Counted from the first letter of the stretch, positions 10,084-20,022 are shown. The stretch is DNA of 64,000 bases from Andalucia godoyi And28 (GCA_009859145.1 VRVR01000029.1:248001-312000), one strand, 5' to 3'. Notes: generated from the sequence alone by a model not told the origin. Numbers and translations are program-made.

Positions 10084-10809
10084 ATGACGGACGCGAATGG
10101 CGGACTGAAACGGATACGGGGGTCCGGGGATCGTGAGCAGTACCAGATGATACGGAGAGAGGCCGAGTCGTTGATGGAGACGATGTTGTCAGATGCATCA
10201 ACAGCGGTTGGGAAGCTGAAGCAGGCGGTGGATCGCGCATCGACAAAGGGCGCACATCACCGAATGCATCTCGAAGGAATTGTTCTTGTTTTGTACGATC
10301 TCCTATCGCAAAAGTCTCAGGAATTGGACACGTGGAAAAGGACAGTTCGTATGGATCCGCTGGTGCAACGGACGCCGGTGTTTCAAAAACAGGCGCAAAA
10401 ATACGGTAGAGGAAGAGGCTCGCAGGCGATGGGCTCTCCTACGGCACAGAACACTGCGGCTGCCGGTCATCCGGACTCGGAAGACGGAAAATCGCAAGTG
10501 TTGTTGCAGCATCAGAACAGAATGCAGAAGTTCCACGAACAGGATCGCCTGGCGTATGAAGTTGAGCATGTGGAAAGCCAGCTCTTGGATATTTCGGCAA
10601 TGTCAACATTCTTTAGCGCAAAGGTGATGGATCAAATGGAGACCATCCAGAGAATGCAAGACGAGGCGATCAAGGCAGAGTCCCATGCCGAGGCGGCTCT
10701 CGGCCAGCTCAACCAAGCAAAGAAGCAGCGGTCGTGTTTCCGAACATTCGTTCTTGTCTATGTCTTTATCGCCAGTCTTATGATTCTGTTCCTGGATGCG
10801 ATCATGTGA
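10084..10809 (+). CDS. STX18: Qa-SNARE, syntaxin-18/Ufe1/SYP8-like
   Basis: SNARE heptads VESQLLDISAMSTFFSAKVMDQMETI with central Q. C-terminal FRTFVLVYVFIASLMILFLD matches the STX18 tail pattern FR-TM-LFLD. Confidence 0.85.
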   Translation: MTDANGGLKRIRGSGDREQYQMIRREAESLMETMLSDASTAVGKLKQAVDRASTKGAHHRMHLEGIVLVLYDLLSQKSQELDTWKRTVRMDPLVQRTPVFQKQAQKYGRGRGSQAMGSPTAQNTAAAGHPDSEDGKSQVLLQHQNRMQKFHEQDRLAYEVEHVESQLLDISAMSTFFSAKVMDQMETIQRMQDEAIKAESHAEAALGQLNQAKKQRSCFRTFVLVYVFIASLMILFLDAIM

Positions 10810-11042
10810 AGACCAGCAAAGACAACGGCGACGACGACGATGACGGCGAAGCACGATTGCAAGATGTGAGCGAGGTAGCTGAGCTTACTGCCGATTCTGC
10901 AACCGCGTTTCAAACGATGCTCCCCCCCCTTCAGAAAACAACAACAAAAAAAAATATGAAGAAGACAGACAACATTGCCATTTATATTACAAAAAAGAGG
11001 GGTCGTTGGTGGGGAAAGGACGTTCGCGAGCCGCCACAGACT

Positions 11043-12980
11043 CTATATTCTCTGCCCGTAGCGTGGACGTTCTTGGTGACGTTTTCCTCGAACCATGATT
11101 TGGTCCGAGGCCGAGTTCAATTCGAGCGACTGGCAACCGAGCGGCGTCGGACTTGCATTTGACTGTCGCAGATCCTTTTGAGGCATGTTCATTGCTGCTG
11201 CCTTTCGTGGGACTTTTTGAGTTGGGGAAACATCCTTTTGTGAACTGCGTATTGTCGACCCGAATCCTTCAATTCGCACGTTACTTGCCGGAAGCTGGTG
11301 CGCCAGTTTGGAAGGAGATGGGTGATCCGTACTGCTTTGCTGACATTGGACGGCCACAACTGCAGCGACCTTTGCCGAGCGATGAGCGTCGGGTGAAATA
11401 CGATTTGCACCAGGTGGATGCTGCTGCTTCTTGAAAGATTCCGAGACAAGAACATGATCTCCCAAATCAGCATCTTTTGGTGGCGCAATCGATGGGAATA
11501 GCGGCTTTTGGGAGTTGCACCGGCGAAGCAGCTCTTGCTTCTTCTTTCCATGGACATGGACTTTTGACACAGCCATCGAGCACTTTTCTGAATGATTTTT
11601 GATCCGATCGCTCGGAAACTGCTTTGAACAGCGAGGGCACATGACCGGTCGCGGGCCCAAATCTGACTCGTCTTCGTGGCACTTGTCGTTGTTGATGTCC
11701 CATGTATCCGTGAAAGAGAAAATTACCTGCTGGCCGCCGTCGTCATCATCGTAGTAAACAACTCCCGATTCCGAGATTGCACCCTTTCGAAGGTGCGATG
11801 TGTGTTTCGGAGAGTCTTTATGGAGAGCGTCCGAACGTCGATTTCCTTGCTGCTGTGCTTGCTTTGATGTGGAATGCGACGCGGAGTCCGACAGGATCGC
11901 GGAGTCTGCGATGCGATTGAGATGCATCTCTTGCTCAACAGCAGAATGGATGATACCACCACCACCACCACCAGTGTTGTCGTTTTTGCGGCTATTGTTA
12001 TTGTCGTCGTCGTCAATGAAACCGGTGTGGTTATTGTTATTATTGTTGCAGCCCCCGTTGCTGCCATTTCCGCTGCAATTTTCGTACTCCTTGGGAACGG
12101 CTTTTGCTCGATGCTTCCGCCGAGACGCATGAGCTGACGAGGATCGCAGCCGGCCATCGGGACTAGCATAAACATTCACAACTCCTCGTGAGGCGCGTCG
12201 AGTGCCATGTGCAGAGGCCGACCCTCGGCTTCCTGCACAAAACCGGTCGAATTCTGCAGGCTCGATCTTCTCCAAGACACGCTGCAAATCAAGAACCGCT
12301 TGCGCTTTTGATTCTGGGGACTGCTGCACATCCTTTGTCCTGTAATGACGATGGTGGTAGTGGTGCTGGTGGTGGTGCTGGTGATGAGGCTGTTGTGGCT
12401 GCTGTGGTAGATGATGCTGGTGGTACGGTGGCTGCTGCTGATTGTGGTGCTGATTGTGGTGATGGCTGTGGTGGGGAGGATTGTGTTGTGATGGGGGCGT
12501 GCTATTATGCAGCGACGAACCAGTCTTGATGGATACCAACGAATCTCTCCGATGAAGATGCACGACGCCATGATGATTCTTTGAACTGCCTGCGGCGGGG
12601 GCGTTCGTAGGCTTTATCAAGGGAAAGAGGGATCCCGAAGTAGAACTAGAACCGGCGTTCGGTGCATTTGCGTTTTCGGCAACTCCATTGTTCGCATGGC
12701 CGTACCATGGGAAGCTGCTATTGCTACCGGTAGTGTTCATGCTGCTACTGATGTTCCCATTGCTGGGAACCGGCGGTGCTTTAGAAGCCCCAGCATTGCC
12801 ACTGGTCGGTCCTTGTGTTTGCAAGCAAAGTGAAGAAGGAAACGAGTTGAATGAGGACGAGGGACTGGGACTGGTGATTTCCTTGCCGTATTCCTCGTCA
12901 GCAAGCACCTGAGCATGGAAGTCTGCAAGAATCGAAGCGTGATGCCGCGAATGCCGCGATGCTTCTGGATCATCGATCAT
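11043..12980 (-). CDS. Hypothetical low-complexity (His/Gln/Asn/Ser-rich) protein with one C2HC-type zinc finger
   Basis: 645-aa ORF containing CPRCSKQFPSDRIKNHSEKC (C-x2-C-x12-H-x3-C). Confidence 0.7.
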   Translation of the reverse strand: MIDDPEASRHSRHHASILADFHAQVLADEEYGKEITSPSPSSSFNSFPSSLCLQTQGPTSGNAGASKAPPVPSNGNISSSMNTTGSNSSFPWYGHANNGVAENANAPNAGSSSTSGSLFPLIKPTNAPAAGSSKNHHGVVHLHRRDSLVSIKTGSSLHNSTPPSQHNPPHHSHHHNQHHNQQQPPYHQHHLPQQPQQPHHQHHHQHHYHHRHYRTKDVQQSPESKAQAVLDLQRVLEKIEPAEFDRFCAGSRGSASAHGTRRASRGVVNVYASPDGRLRSSSAHASRRKHRAKAVPKEYENCSGNGSNGGCNNNNNNHTGFIDDDDNNNSRKNDNTGGGGGGIIHSAVEQEMHLNRIADSAILSDSASHSTSKQAQQQGNRRSDALHKDSPKHTSHLRKGAISESGVVYYDDDDGGQQVIFSFTDTWDINNDKCHEDESDLGPRPVMCPRCSKQFPSDRIKNHSEKCSMAVSKVHVHGKKKQELLRRCNSQKPLFPSIAPPKDADLGDHVLVSESFKKQQHPPGANRISPDAHRSAKVAAVVAVQCQQSSTDHPSPSKLAHQLPASNVRIEGFGSTIRSSQKDVSPTQKVPRKAAAMNMPQKDLRQSNASPTPLGCQSLELNSASDQIMVRGKRHQERPRYGQRI

Positions 12981-13156
12981 AGTGCGCTAACGGAACACCG
13001 ACTTGAGTGTTGACTGCTCGCACAGGCCCAGAACCAAGGAAGGGGGGTGTGGATAGAAACTGGAAAGCGATTCAACAGGGAAAGTGCTATTGATGATAAA
13101 ACGCACGACGAAGGTTGGTTTGCGGGAGCCACGGTGTACAACGACAGATGAAGAGC

Positions 13157-13175
13157 GGGGGGGGGGGGGGGGGGG
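13157..13175 (+). repeat. G19 homopolymer, potential G-quadruplex seed
   Basis: Read directly; further G-runs lie near 13041 and 13182. Confidence 0.9.
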
Positions 13176-14797
13176 CAGAAAGGGGTCCTGGTGGAACGCA
13201 GTGACGTTTGAAGCCAGCAAACAGTAAAATTAACGATCAATGCTGAAGTGATACGGAACAAAACGTTGATAATGACCGCGATTCTGTACGGAAGAAAGAA
13301 ACGAGCGACTGGGGTACCGAGTTGAACCCGATCTCCCACGCTTGCGGCTTGCCAACGACTTTTGAGTTTTCATTCCCAGCACGAGTTGATGGATCATTGC
13401 AGCGGCATGAGCAGCCCCCTATGCGTTGATAGGCGAAAGAACAAATGGTCGTATGGGCACACTGCACGCCCTGCTCACACCTTCTCGTGACCATCACTCG
13501 AAGTCAGCTTTCTCGAAGCCAGGTCGATCGTCTGTGTGCGGGATGCCTTTCCCAACAGCCCCGTGAAATCGTCTGCGCTCCCCCACCCTCGATGCACCGT
13601 ACACCAGGCGTTGCTGAAAGGATTCGCATGACACAGCAGACGCGCGCAACACTGAAGCTGAACGGGTCGCTCCAGCAAGTAGTCGCGCTCGGTGCCTTTC
13701 GTTTTTGTCCTGCCCCCCTTGCCTCCGCCGCCCTATCACTGACTGCAGAAATGTTCGTGGAGGTGGTGTAGCTGCAGTCCACGATTCTGCTGTTGCCTGC
13801 GAGTACGCATGCCGGAAATGCTGCGAGGTGCTTTGTCCCTCGTTCTTCTCATGCTCACCCCATTCAACGCACCGTTCTTCTGAATGTCTCTTATCTTCGA
13901 CTGCAAGCAGAAAATTTCATTTCCACAGCACGGTTTTATCGATTCTGTTCCTCCCCGGCTGATAAACCTTTTCCAAAGGGACGACGTGCCCATCATCAGC
14001 AGCAGGAATCCCCGCCGAATTACTTCTTCTTCAGCGGCGAACTTTTTAGGCCTTTTTTTTTTCGGGCCGACTTCTGGTGACGTAAACTTCAAGACCACGA
14101 CATTTGGGGAGAAACAAGAACCATTTTTGATCTCTCTCTCTCTCTCTCTTGACGTCAATGTGAGGAAGAAAAAGAAAAGAAAGGAAAAAAACCGGTTTCT
14201 TTGGACGTCCGGTGGTGCGCAGCAACTGTCCCTGTGTTCTTTTTTGTGCAGAAGCACAAGCAGGGTACGCCGCGCTCCTCACTACAAAATTGTACGACTA
14301 CTGGGGGAGGGGAGCCTCTTCCGATGCTGCTGCTCGCAAGATCAAGTCAGCGAATGCTGTGTGTAACACCGAGGCCTCCTTCCAAAGAAATCGAAAAAAC
14401 GAAAAAAAGAGCGCCCCTGTGCTGCTGTTTCTTCAGCAGAGAGTGACGGCACCGCTGTGTTTCGGCGATCGCGGTCTGCTTATCTCGCAGTGCTGGACAC
14501 GCGAACGTTGCGTCGAGTCCGGGGCGGAGTCCGAGGTCGACGTGTGACCTGATTCCTGCGATACCTCGAGACATAGCCTTATTTATCCTGCAAGCGACCA
14601 AGTTCAACATCTTTTTGGAACGCTTGCAATTGCTGTTTCACTGTCCACTACTCTGAATTTTGAAATTCGCTGAATTTTCATGCAACTCTGTTCTCGTGCA
14701 CCCATCTTCCATCATCCTGCTTACTTCGTACCCCCCAACCCCGCTTCTCTGGCAAGATGATGTGACTTCCATTTCTCTTCCACGCCCACCGCTTCTC

Positions 14798-14855
14798 CAT
14801 CATCATCATCACCATCACCATCATCATCATCTTCATCATCATCATCTTCTTCTTC
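14798..14855. repeat. (CAT/CAC/CTT)n trinucleotide microsatellite
   Basis: Read directly; explains the poly-His, poly-Met and poly-Asp ORFs in the track. Confidence 0.9.
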
Positions 14856-14889
14856 AAAGAAAATCCCAAACGAAACGAACAAGAAAAAA

Positions 14890-15663
14890 ATGTCTTCTTC
14901 AAGCCTTCTTTTGCAAATGACGGCTTCTTCGAAAGGAGGATGCGCAGTGGATCCGAATGCTGCGAAAGGATGCAAGCTGGCGTCCGGTCAAACAGAACTT
15001 TTTTCTCATCTCGCTCTTTTTTTGCGCCGTTTTCAACGTGCTTCTTCACAAAAGAACGCGTCAAACGGGGTCGCTAGTGACAGTGGTGTCTGCAAAGACA
15101 ACGACAGGAGCATCAGCATTCGCATGTTTTCCGCGAGTCCGTCTCCGACGCTGATCATGCAGCAGCACACGCATCCACTGTCACCCGTGGAAGAGATATG
15201 CAAGCTGAATCGTGCCGAGCGGTTTGTCATGCTTTGGCTCGATAGCATCTTTTTCAGCATTCTTCCATGCATGTGGGGGATCCTTCATCCAGTCGATCAG
15301 GCAAAGGCGCTGCTTCCTGCATGGGACCATGATCCCCATTTCACAGCGGTCATTGAACACGAAGTTGTGCAAGGAATCACCCGCATGTTTTGCGGCGTGT
15401 GCATCATTCTTGCATTCATGTTGCTGGTAGTCACCCTGTGGGGAGGTCCGACTGCACAGCGGCGAATGATGCAATTCCTGTCCATTGGAGACGTCATTCA
15501 CGGTGCTGCATGGTTCTACTCGATGCATGCTGCTCGAGCAGCAGTGATGAACCAAGATGTGATCTGCCATTTCCTGTTCAATACCATTAGTGCTAGCACT
15601 CGCATCCTGTACCACGCTCGAACCTCTCGGCAGCTGCGCAGATTATCCCAGAAGGAAAAGTGA
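14890..15663 (+). CDS. Hypothetical membrane protein, about 4 TM segments
   Basis: Hydrophobic segments FVMLWLDSIFFSILPCMWGIL, MFCGVCIILAFMLLVVTLW, FLSIGDVIHGAAWFYSM, VICHFLFNTISA. True start may be the Met at about 15157. Confidence 0.65.
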   Translation: MSSSSLLLQMTASSKGGCAVDPNAAKGCKLASGQTELFSHLALFLRRFQRASSQKNASNGVASDSGVCKDNDRSISIRMFSASPSPTLIMQQHTHPLSPVEEICKLNRAERFVMLWLDSIFFSILPCMWGILHPVDQAKALLPAWDHDPHFTAVIEHEVVQGITRMFCGVCIILAFMLLVVTLWGGPTAQRRMMQFLSIGDVIHGAAWFYSMHAARAAVMNQDVICHFLFNTISASTRILYHARTSRQLRRLSQKEK

Positions 15664-15930
15664 AACCTCTGCAGCGATTCCTCCGCTTGCAACTGATGTA
15701 CCGTACGTTATTGTTCATAATTGCTGGCTGCAATTTTATAAAAAAAAACCACGAAGAACGGCGCAAAGCTCCCATACTTTTCTTTTGTATGTCGATTTTT
15801 CACGCGAAAAACAGTCGCTCAGACAGCGCGCGCGAGAAACCCATCCCATCTAAGTACATACATACACAAGCACGCACACACACACACACACACACACGCA
15901 CGGAGACACACAGAGGCGGCGTCAATACGG

Positions 15931-17253
15931 ATGTACCGGATAGTACCGGCTGAAGATACGTCGTCAAAACAGCAGTTTAAAGGCACTGCAAAGCCACATC
16001 GACATGCGTATCTTGCAAATGTGGATCCATCTGTCGCGGCAGATACTCTGTTTCGCGTGCTGTCACAGTATGCACTTCCCCTCCCCCCTCCCTCCCCCCA
16101 CCATAGTATTTATTTGCTGTCGTTATTGCTTTTGGTGTGGCCAGGACTGCGTAACTACTTACACGTCTTTCAATCAAAGGACAAAAAACATGATTCTTCA
16201 TTGACATGTACGCGCACACTGACATTGGCATTTGTTTTTCTATTTTTGTTGTTCGATAGATTTGGAGAAATTGAACAAATACTAGTGTACCCGAACTTGA
16301 GAGCCATCATGGTTTCCTTCGCCACGGTGCAATCTGCGATCAATTGCCATGACACACTGAGCAACGCGGTCCATCCAGAAATATCCAATTTAGACCGCCA
16401 CATCCGCTTTGCGTATTCTCGAGAAGTATGACCCCTTTCCTTCATTCATTCATCCATCCATCCACGCGTCCATTCGTGCGTGCTGGATGCCGGATGCTTT
16501 ATTCAGCTTCCTCACACAGATAGAATGACACTCATACCCATCCTTTGGTTCTATCTTGTCATTTTGCCACTCCTCCCACGGCGGTACATGCAGAAAGAAG
16601 GCTTGTCAACAGAATGGAGAATACCTGCGTTGTCGTGGAGCTCAGAGATTTCAGTTCCGGGATTGGTGCTGATACCTGATTTTGTGTCCGAGGCATTGGA
16701 GGCTGTGCTCATCCAGACATTTGACGAAAATCCGTGGACGGATCTGCTGGGTCGTCGAGTTCAGCACTACATTCGTAGTTTTGATTACAGAACGCGGTAT
16801 GCAAGTGTCGTTGCGGACGGGCTGCCGATGTTTCCAGGGCTGCAAGACGTCTTGGACATGATTGCGAATGATCACTCTTATCAAAGGCCATGGGACGTAG
16901 CTGACCAGGTTACAGTCAACGACTATGAGCCCGGCCATGGCATTCCGCCACATGTAGACACTGTGGACGCGTTTGAGGATTGTATTATCTCCATCTCGCT
17001 GCGGTCTCCCATCATCATGGAATTTGAAAAGCAGGGAGAACCAGACCAAAGAAAACTTGTCGATTTACCTGCTCGGTCATTGGTGGCTTTCTGTGGAGAT
17101 TCGAGGTACGCGTGGACTCATGGAATTCGATACAGAATGAACGACCGGTTGGACGACACAACGTTTCGCACTCGGCAGCGACGCATTAGTATCACCGTGC
17201 GTCGCATTCGCGAAGGAGCACCTGGATCCGCAACCGCCTGCACGAACCTGTAG
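15931..17253 (+). CDS. ALKBH8: ALKBH8-like RRM + Fe(II)/2OG dioxygenase, 3 exons (15931-16067, 16260-16425, 16594-17253), 320 aa; no Trm9 methyltransferase domain
   Basis: Splicing restores an RRM (YLANVD...LSQFGEIEQILVYPNLRAIMVSF). AlkB motifs DQVTVNDYEPGHGIPPHVD, SISL, RYAWTHGI, RISITVRR, and RRVQHY..FDY as in ALKBH8. Confidence 0.85.
16068..16259 (+). other. Spliceosomal intron 1 of ALKBH8-like gene (192 nt)
   Basis: GTATGC donor, CTGAC branch-like site about 18 nt before the acceptor, T-rich tract, TAG acceptor. Removal gives CA|A-TTT-GGA (QFG). Confidence 0.8.
16426..16593 (+). other. Spliceosomal intron 2 of ALKBH8-like gene (168 nt)
   Basis: GTATGA donor and CAG acceptor join the RRM exon in frame to the AlkB exon. 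Exact acceptor is less certain. Confidence 0.7.
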
Positions 17254-17328
17254 GGGTTGGTGGTGCTACCACGATGCGCAACGATGGCCAGTATATTGTT
17301 CGAGATTTGAGCATTCCACAAGCCACCA

Positions 17329-17701
17329 CCGTTGCCACTTATTGCGATATTGATGAAGCAATCCAAAGCGCACGACAACAAAAAACACTGCCACGCGCCG
17401 TGCGCATGCGTCTGTTATCTTGGCAACTCCGTCACGCGATGTCCCATTCGTTTCGCCCCATTTTGATCATGGAATCTCTATAAACACGCCGCCGTGCTGC
17501 ATTCTCGCACAGCGACGCTCATTTCATTTCTTTATTTTTATTGTTATTGTCCAACATCTATCTTGGGAACGTCTCTCATGCCGAGGGGCGTGTTGGGGCC
17601 TACCCCCCTTCCCAATCATGCTGTGCATGTTGCTGGGTTGCAGCATTGATTATGAGTGATCAGCGATGATTATCTGTGGATTAGTGTGCAATGTAGGCGC
17701 T
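17329..17701 (+). repeat. Dispersed non-coding repeat, copy A (about 373 bp)
   Basis: Matches the reverse complement of 45172-45579. 17333-17399 is identical to it over 67 nt; the rest is roughly 90% identical by eye, with indels. Confidence 0.92.
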
Positions 17702-17901
17702 GCAAGAAGTTCTTTTAATTATTATCAGGATCATTATTAATCGATTAATAAATAATAATTATTTTTAATGTACAATTTTCCAAGAGTAAATAATAAAAAA
17801 GCATACAAGGATTCGTATTCCGAGAAGAAGAAGGAGAAAAAGAACGACCGCAAAGGGTGAGGACAAGAGAGGGGGGCATGCACGCTTGGAAGAAACTGTA
17901 C

Positions 17902-20022
17902 TTACAGGATATCGGGCGACTCTGGAATGGGGGCTGCGCTTTCCAGTGACAGCCGACTTCTCGGCTTTGTAGAAATGCAGACCCATCGAGAAATGCGTTC
18001 GTACTCCGCAGCGAGCTTGACGTAGTCTCGAAACATTTGCCGAAGTTCAGCCACCGAGTACATGTCAAAGTCGCGGTTGTCGTGAAGCAGCCTCAAATGA
18101 AACTGCTGGCTCTCCGTATCCAAGCGCTTTCCGTGATCAATTCTCATGAGATCAGCGAGCGGCTGCAGCCGTGTGGCGAAGGCAACCTCTTCCTTCTCTT
18201 TGTGAATGGCCTCAACCGCATCTAGCGTCGTCAAATGCTGCACTGCAGACCTCGCGCAAGTTGCATAATATTCTGCTTCTCCTGTCATCCTCAGCGGGTG
18301 TCTCAGGTTCTCAATGTACCACAACGACGAGTGCCAGTTGGGGACGCGCGAAAGTAGCACCGTGTAGACTAGCAATGGAAAGAACTCGTCCGCACCGCTT
18401 TCGGAAGACAGCGCAGAAAACAGTATTTTGCAGCAATTCACAATGGAGACGAGTCTGTCGCGCGGTGTTCGGAACGTGCTCATCCGCCGCAACTCAACAA
18501 TGGCACGTTGGATCAGTTCGGAGTTGTCGTGCACAATCGAAGAGTCGAGGTCAAAGTGGGGCGGACGAAGAATCTTTGCATTTGCCTCGCATCGGTCAAA
18601 CAAGAAGGAGTCCAACTTCCTGTGGACTTCAGGGAAGAGATCATGCAACCTCTTCATGAGAATACGCTCCACGCAATCTCGAATGATGTCCACATCTGTA
18701 TGGGAAGCGCCGGAGATGTCGTGAACATCCATATAGTATGGCTGGAATGCAGGATGTTCCCGAAACATTCCGTCCAATCGCACCATGAAATCACGGATGT
18801 TCTGAGCCTGCAATTCTAAAAACTCGATGGAAGCGTTGGGGCGCTGTTTCAGCTCGCCAGCAACCTGTTCAGAGAACGTGTGAATGGCAGAATTCAGCTG
18901 CTCTGCTTCTCGAATCTTGGTGAGACACTCTCCAGTCTGCAGCCCTCGTGGCCGAAGGACCGTTGCAGCGCAAACCGAGCTCGACCGACTACCGGAACCC
19001 GTATAGTTTGATGCAACACTGGAAGAGGCAACAGAGCCATTTGCCGACGGCTCGATCGCCATCGCCATGCTCACATCATCCATGGAAGACGATGTGGAAA
19101 ACAAACTTAGGGAATCCACAGAGTGGGGAATGCGGTACTCAATCTCGGAGGAGTCAAGGGCGTCTAGCGTTCCTGGCGAGTTGATTTCCTCGGAAGGGAA
19201 CAATGGCTTGTCACTCGTTGGAGAATCCGCAAGGAGCTGCTTCTTCAAGGCTGCCGATGTACCAAAACAGGATGCGCTGTCGACGGATGCTTGTGATCCA
19301 GCAATGGAAACGGGTCTGGATGACGTGCTTTGCACCGAGCTTGCAGTGGACGGAGTAGTCGAGTACGGACTGCTGCTTCCGTTTCCAATTGTCGCAGTGG
19401 ATCCCTGAGCATGAGCGCTTACGATTCGCGATACGGGCGTGGAATTTGTCAGGGACAGCGGGTGCGGGCTGTTGATCGGTGATCGTGAAGCATTCGATTT
19501 GCGATTCTCCTTCAGCCACTCGGCACCTTCCAGCTTGATAGGTTCGGAAATGACATAAAACGGCAACGATGCGCCACAGAGCTGGATCCCAGATTGGCGC
19601 ATAACATGAATTTGGGGGACCTTGTCAAGGGCGATTTCCCCAGAAGCAACCTGGTCAAACACAGTGGGGACACCTTCTCGGATCCGCGTAAAGACCGACA
19701 GTGAATCTTGGAGGAAGCGGATACGCTCTTCATCATTCGGTGGACCAGCAATGACACGCAAATCGTCCACTGCCTGCGAAATCACGCCTCTGACTCCATT
19801 AATCGTTACAAACTGAAACTGGTTTGCTGGATTGAAATACACAACATGCGTCTGTGCGAAATCCATCGAAATCACCACATCCTCTATCGAAACGTTCTGT
19901 GGAACCAAGATTGCAGACGTCTTTTCTCGAGAAATGCTGATGATCAGATCCTGAAAATCTCGCTGATTCCGAAGCACATTCAGGAATTTGTTGTTTTCCT
20001 TTTCATACGTAAGGAACGACAT
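17902..20022 (-). CDS. VPS9-domain Rab5-family GEF with VARP/ANKRD27-like N-terminus
   Basis: VPS9 motifs TPRDRLVSIVNCC, SGADEFFPLLVYTVL, GEAEYYATCARSAV. N-terminal ILVPQ...FVTINGV is VARP-like. Confidence 0.85.
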   Translation of the reverse strand: MSFLTYEKENNKFLNVLRNQRDFQDLIISISREKTSAILVPQNVSIEDVVISMDFAQTHVVYFNPANQFQFVTINGVRGVISQAVDDLRVIAGPPNDEERIRFLQDSLSVFTRIREGVPTVFDQVASGEIALDKVPQIHVMRQSGIQLCGASLPFYVISEPIKLEGAEWLKENRKSNASRSPINSPHPLSLTNSTPVSRIVSAHAQGSTATIGNGSSSPYSTTPSTASSVQSTSSRPVSIAGSQASVDSASCFGTSAALKKQLLADSPTSDKPLFPSEEINSPGTLDALDSSEIEYRIPHSVDSLSLFSTSSSMDDVSMAMAIEPSANGSVASSSVASNYTGSGSRSSSVCAATVLRPRGLQTGECLTKIREAEQLNSAIHTFSEQVAGELKQRPNASIEFLELQAQNIRDFMVRLDGMFREHPAFQPYYMDVHDISGASHTDVDIIRDCVERILMKRLHDLFPEVHRKLDSFLFDRCEANAKILRPPHFDLDSSIVHDNSELIQRAIVELRRMSTFRTPRDRLVSIVNCCKILFSALSSESGADEFFPLLVYTVLLSRVPNWHSSLWYIENLRHPLRMTGEAEYYATCARSAVQHLTTLDAVEAIHKEKEEVAFATRLQPLADLMRIDHGKRLDTESQQFHLRLLHDNRDFDMYSVAELRQMFRDYVKLAAEYERISRWVCISTKPRSRLSLESAAPIPESPDIL

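Noticed and set aside
14660-14975. Poly-His, poly-Met and poly-Asp ORFs
   Set aside because: Translations of the (CAT)n microsatellite in different frames.
17350-17376. SECIS-like ATGA...AAA...GA in the dispersed repeat
   Set aside because: Spacing is too short, helix II does not pair, and neither host gene has an in-frame UGA.
17274-17483. ORF containing TYCD, resembling the missing ALKBH8 zinc-finger end
   Set aside because: It is out of frame, has no convincing splice route, and belongs to the repeat that also occurs at an unrelated locus, where the frame differs.
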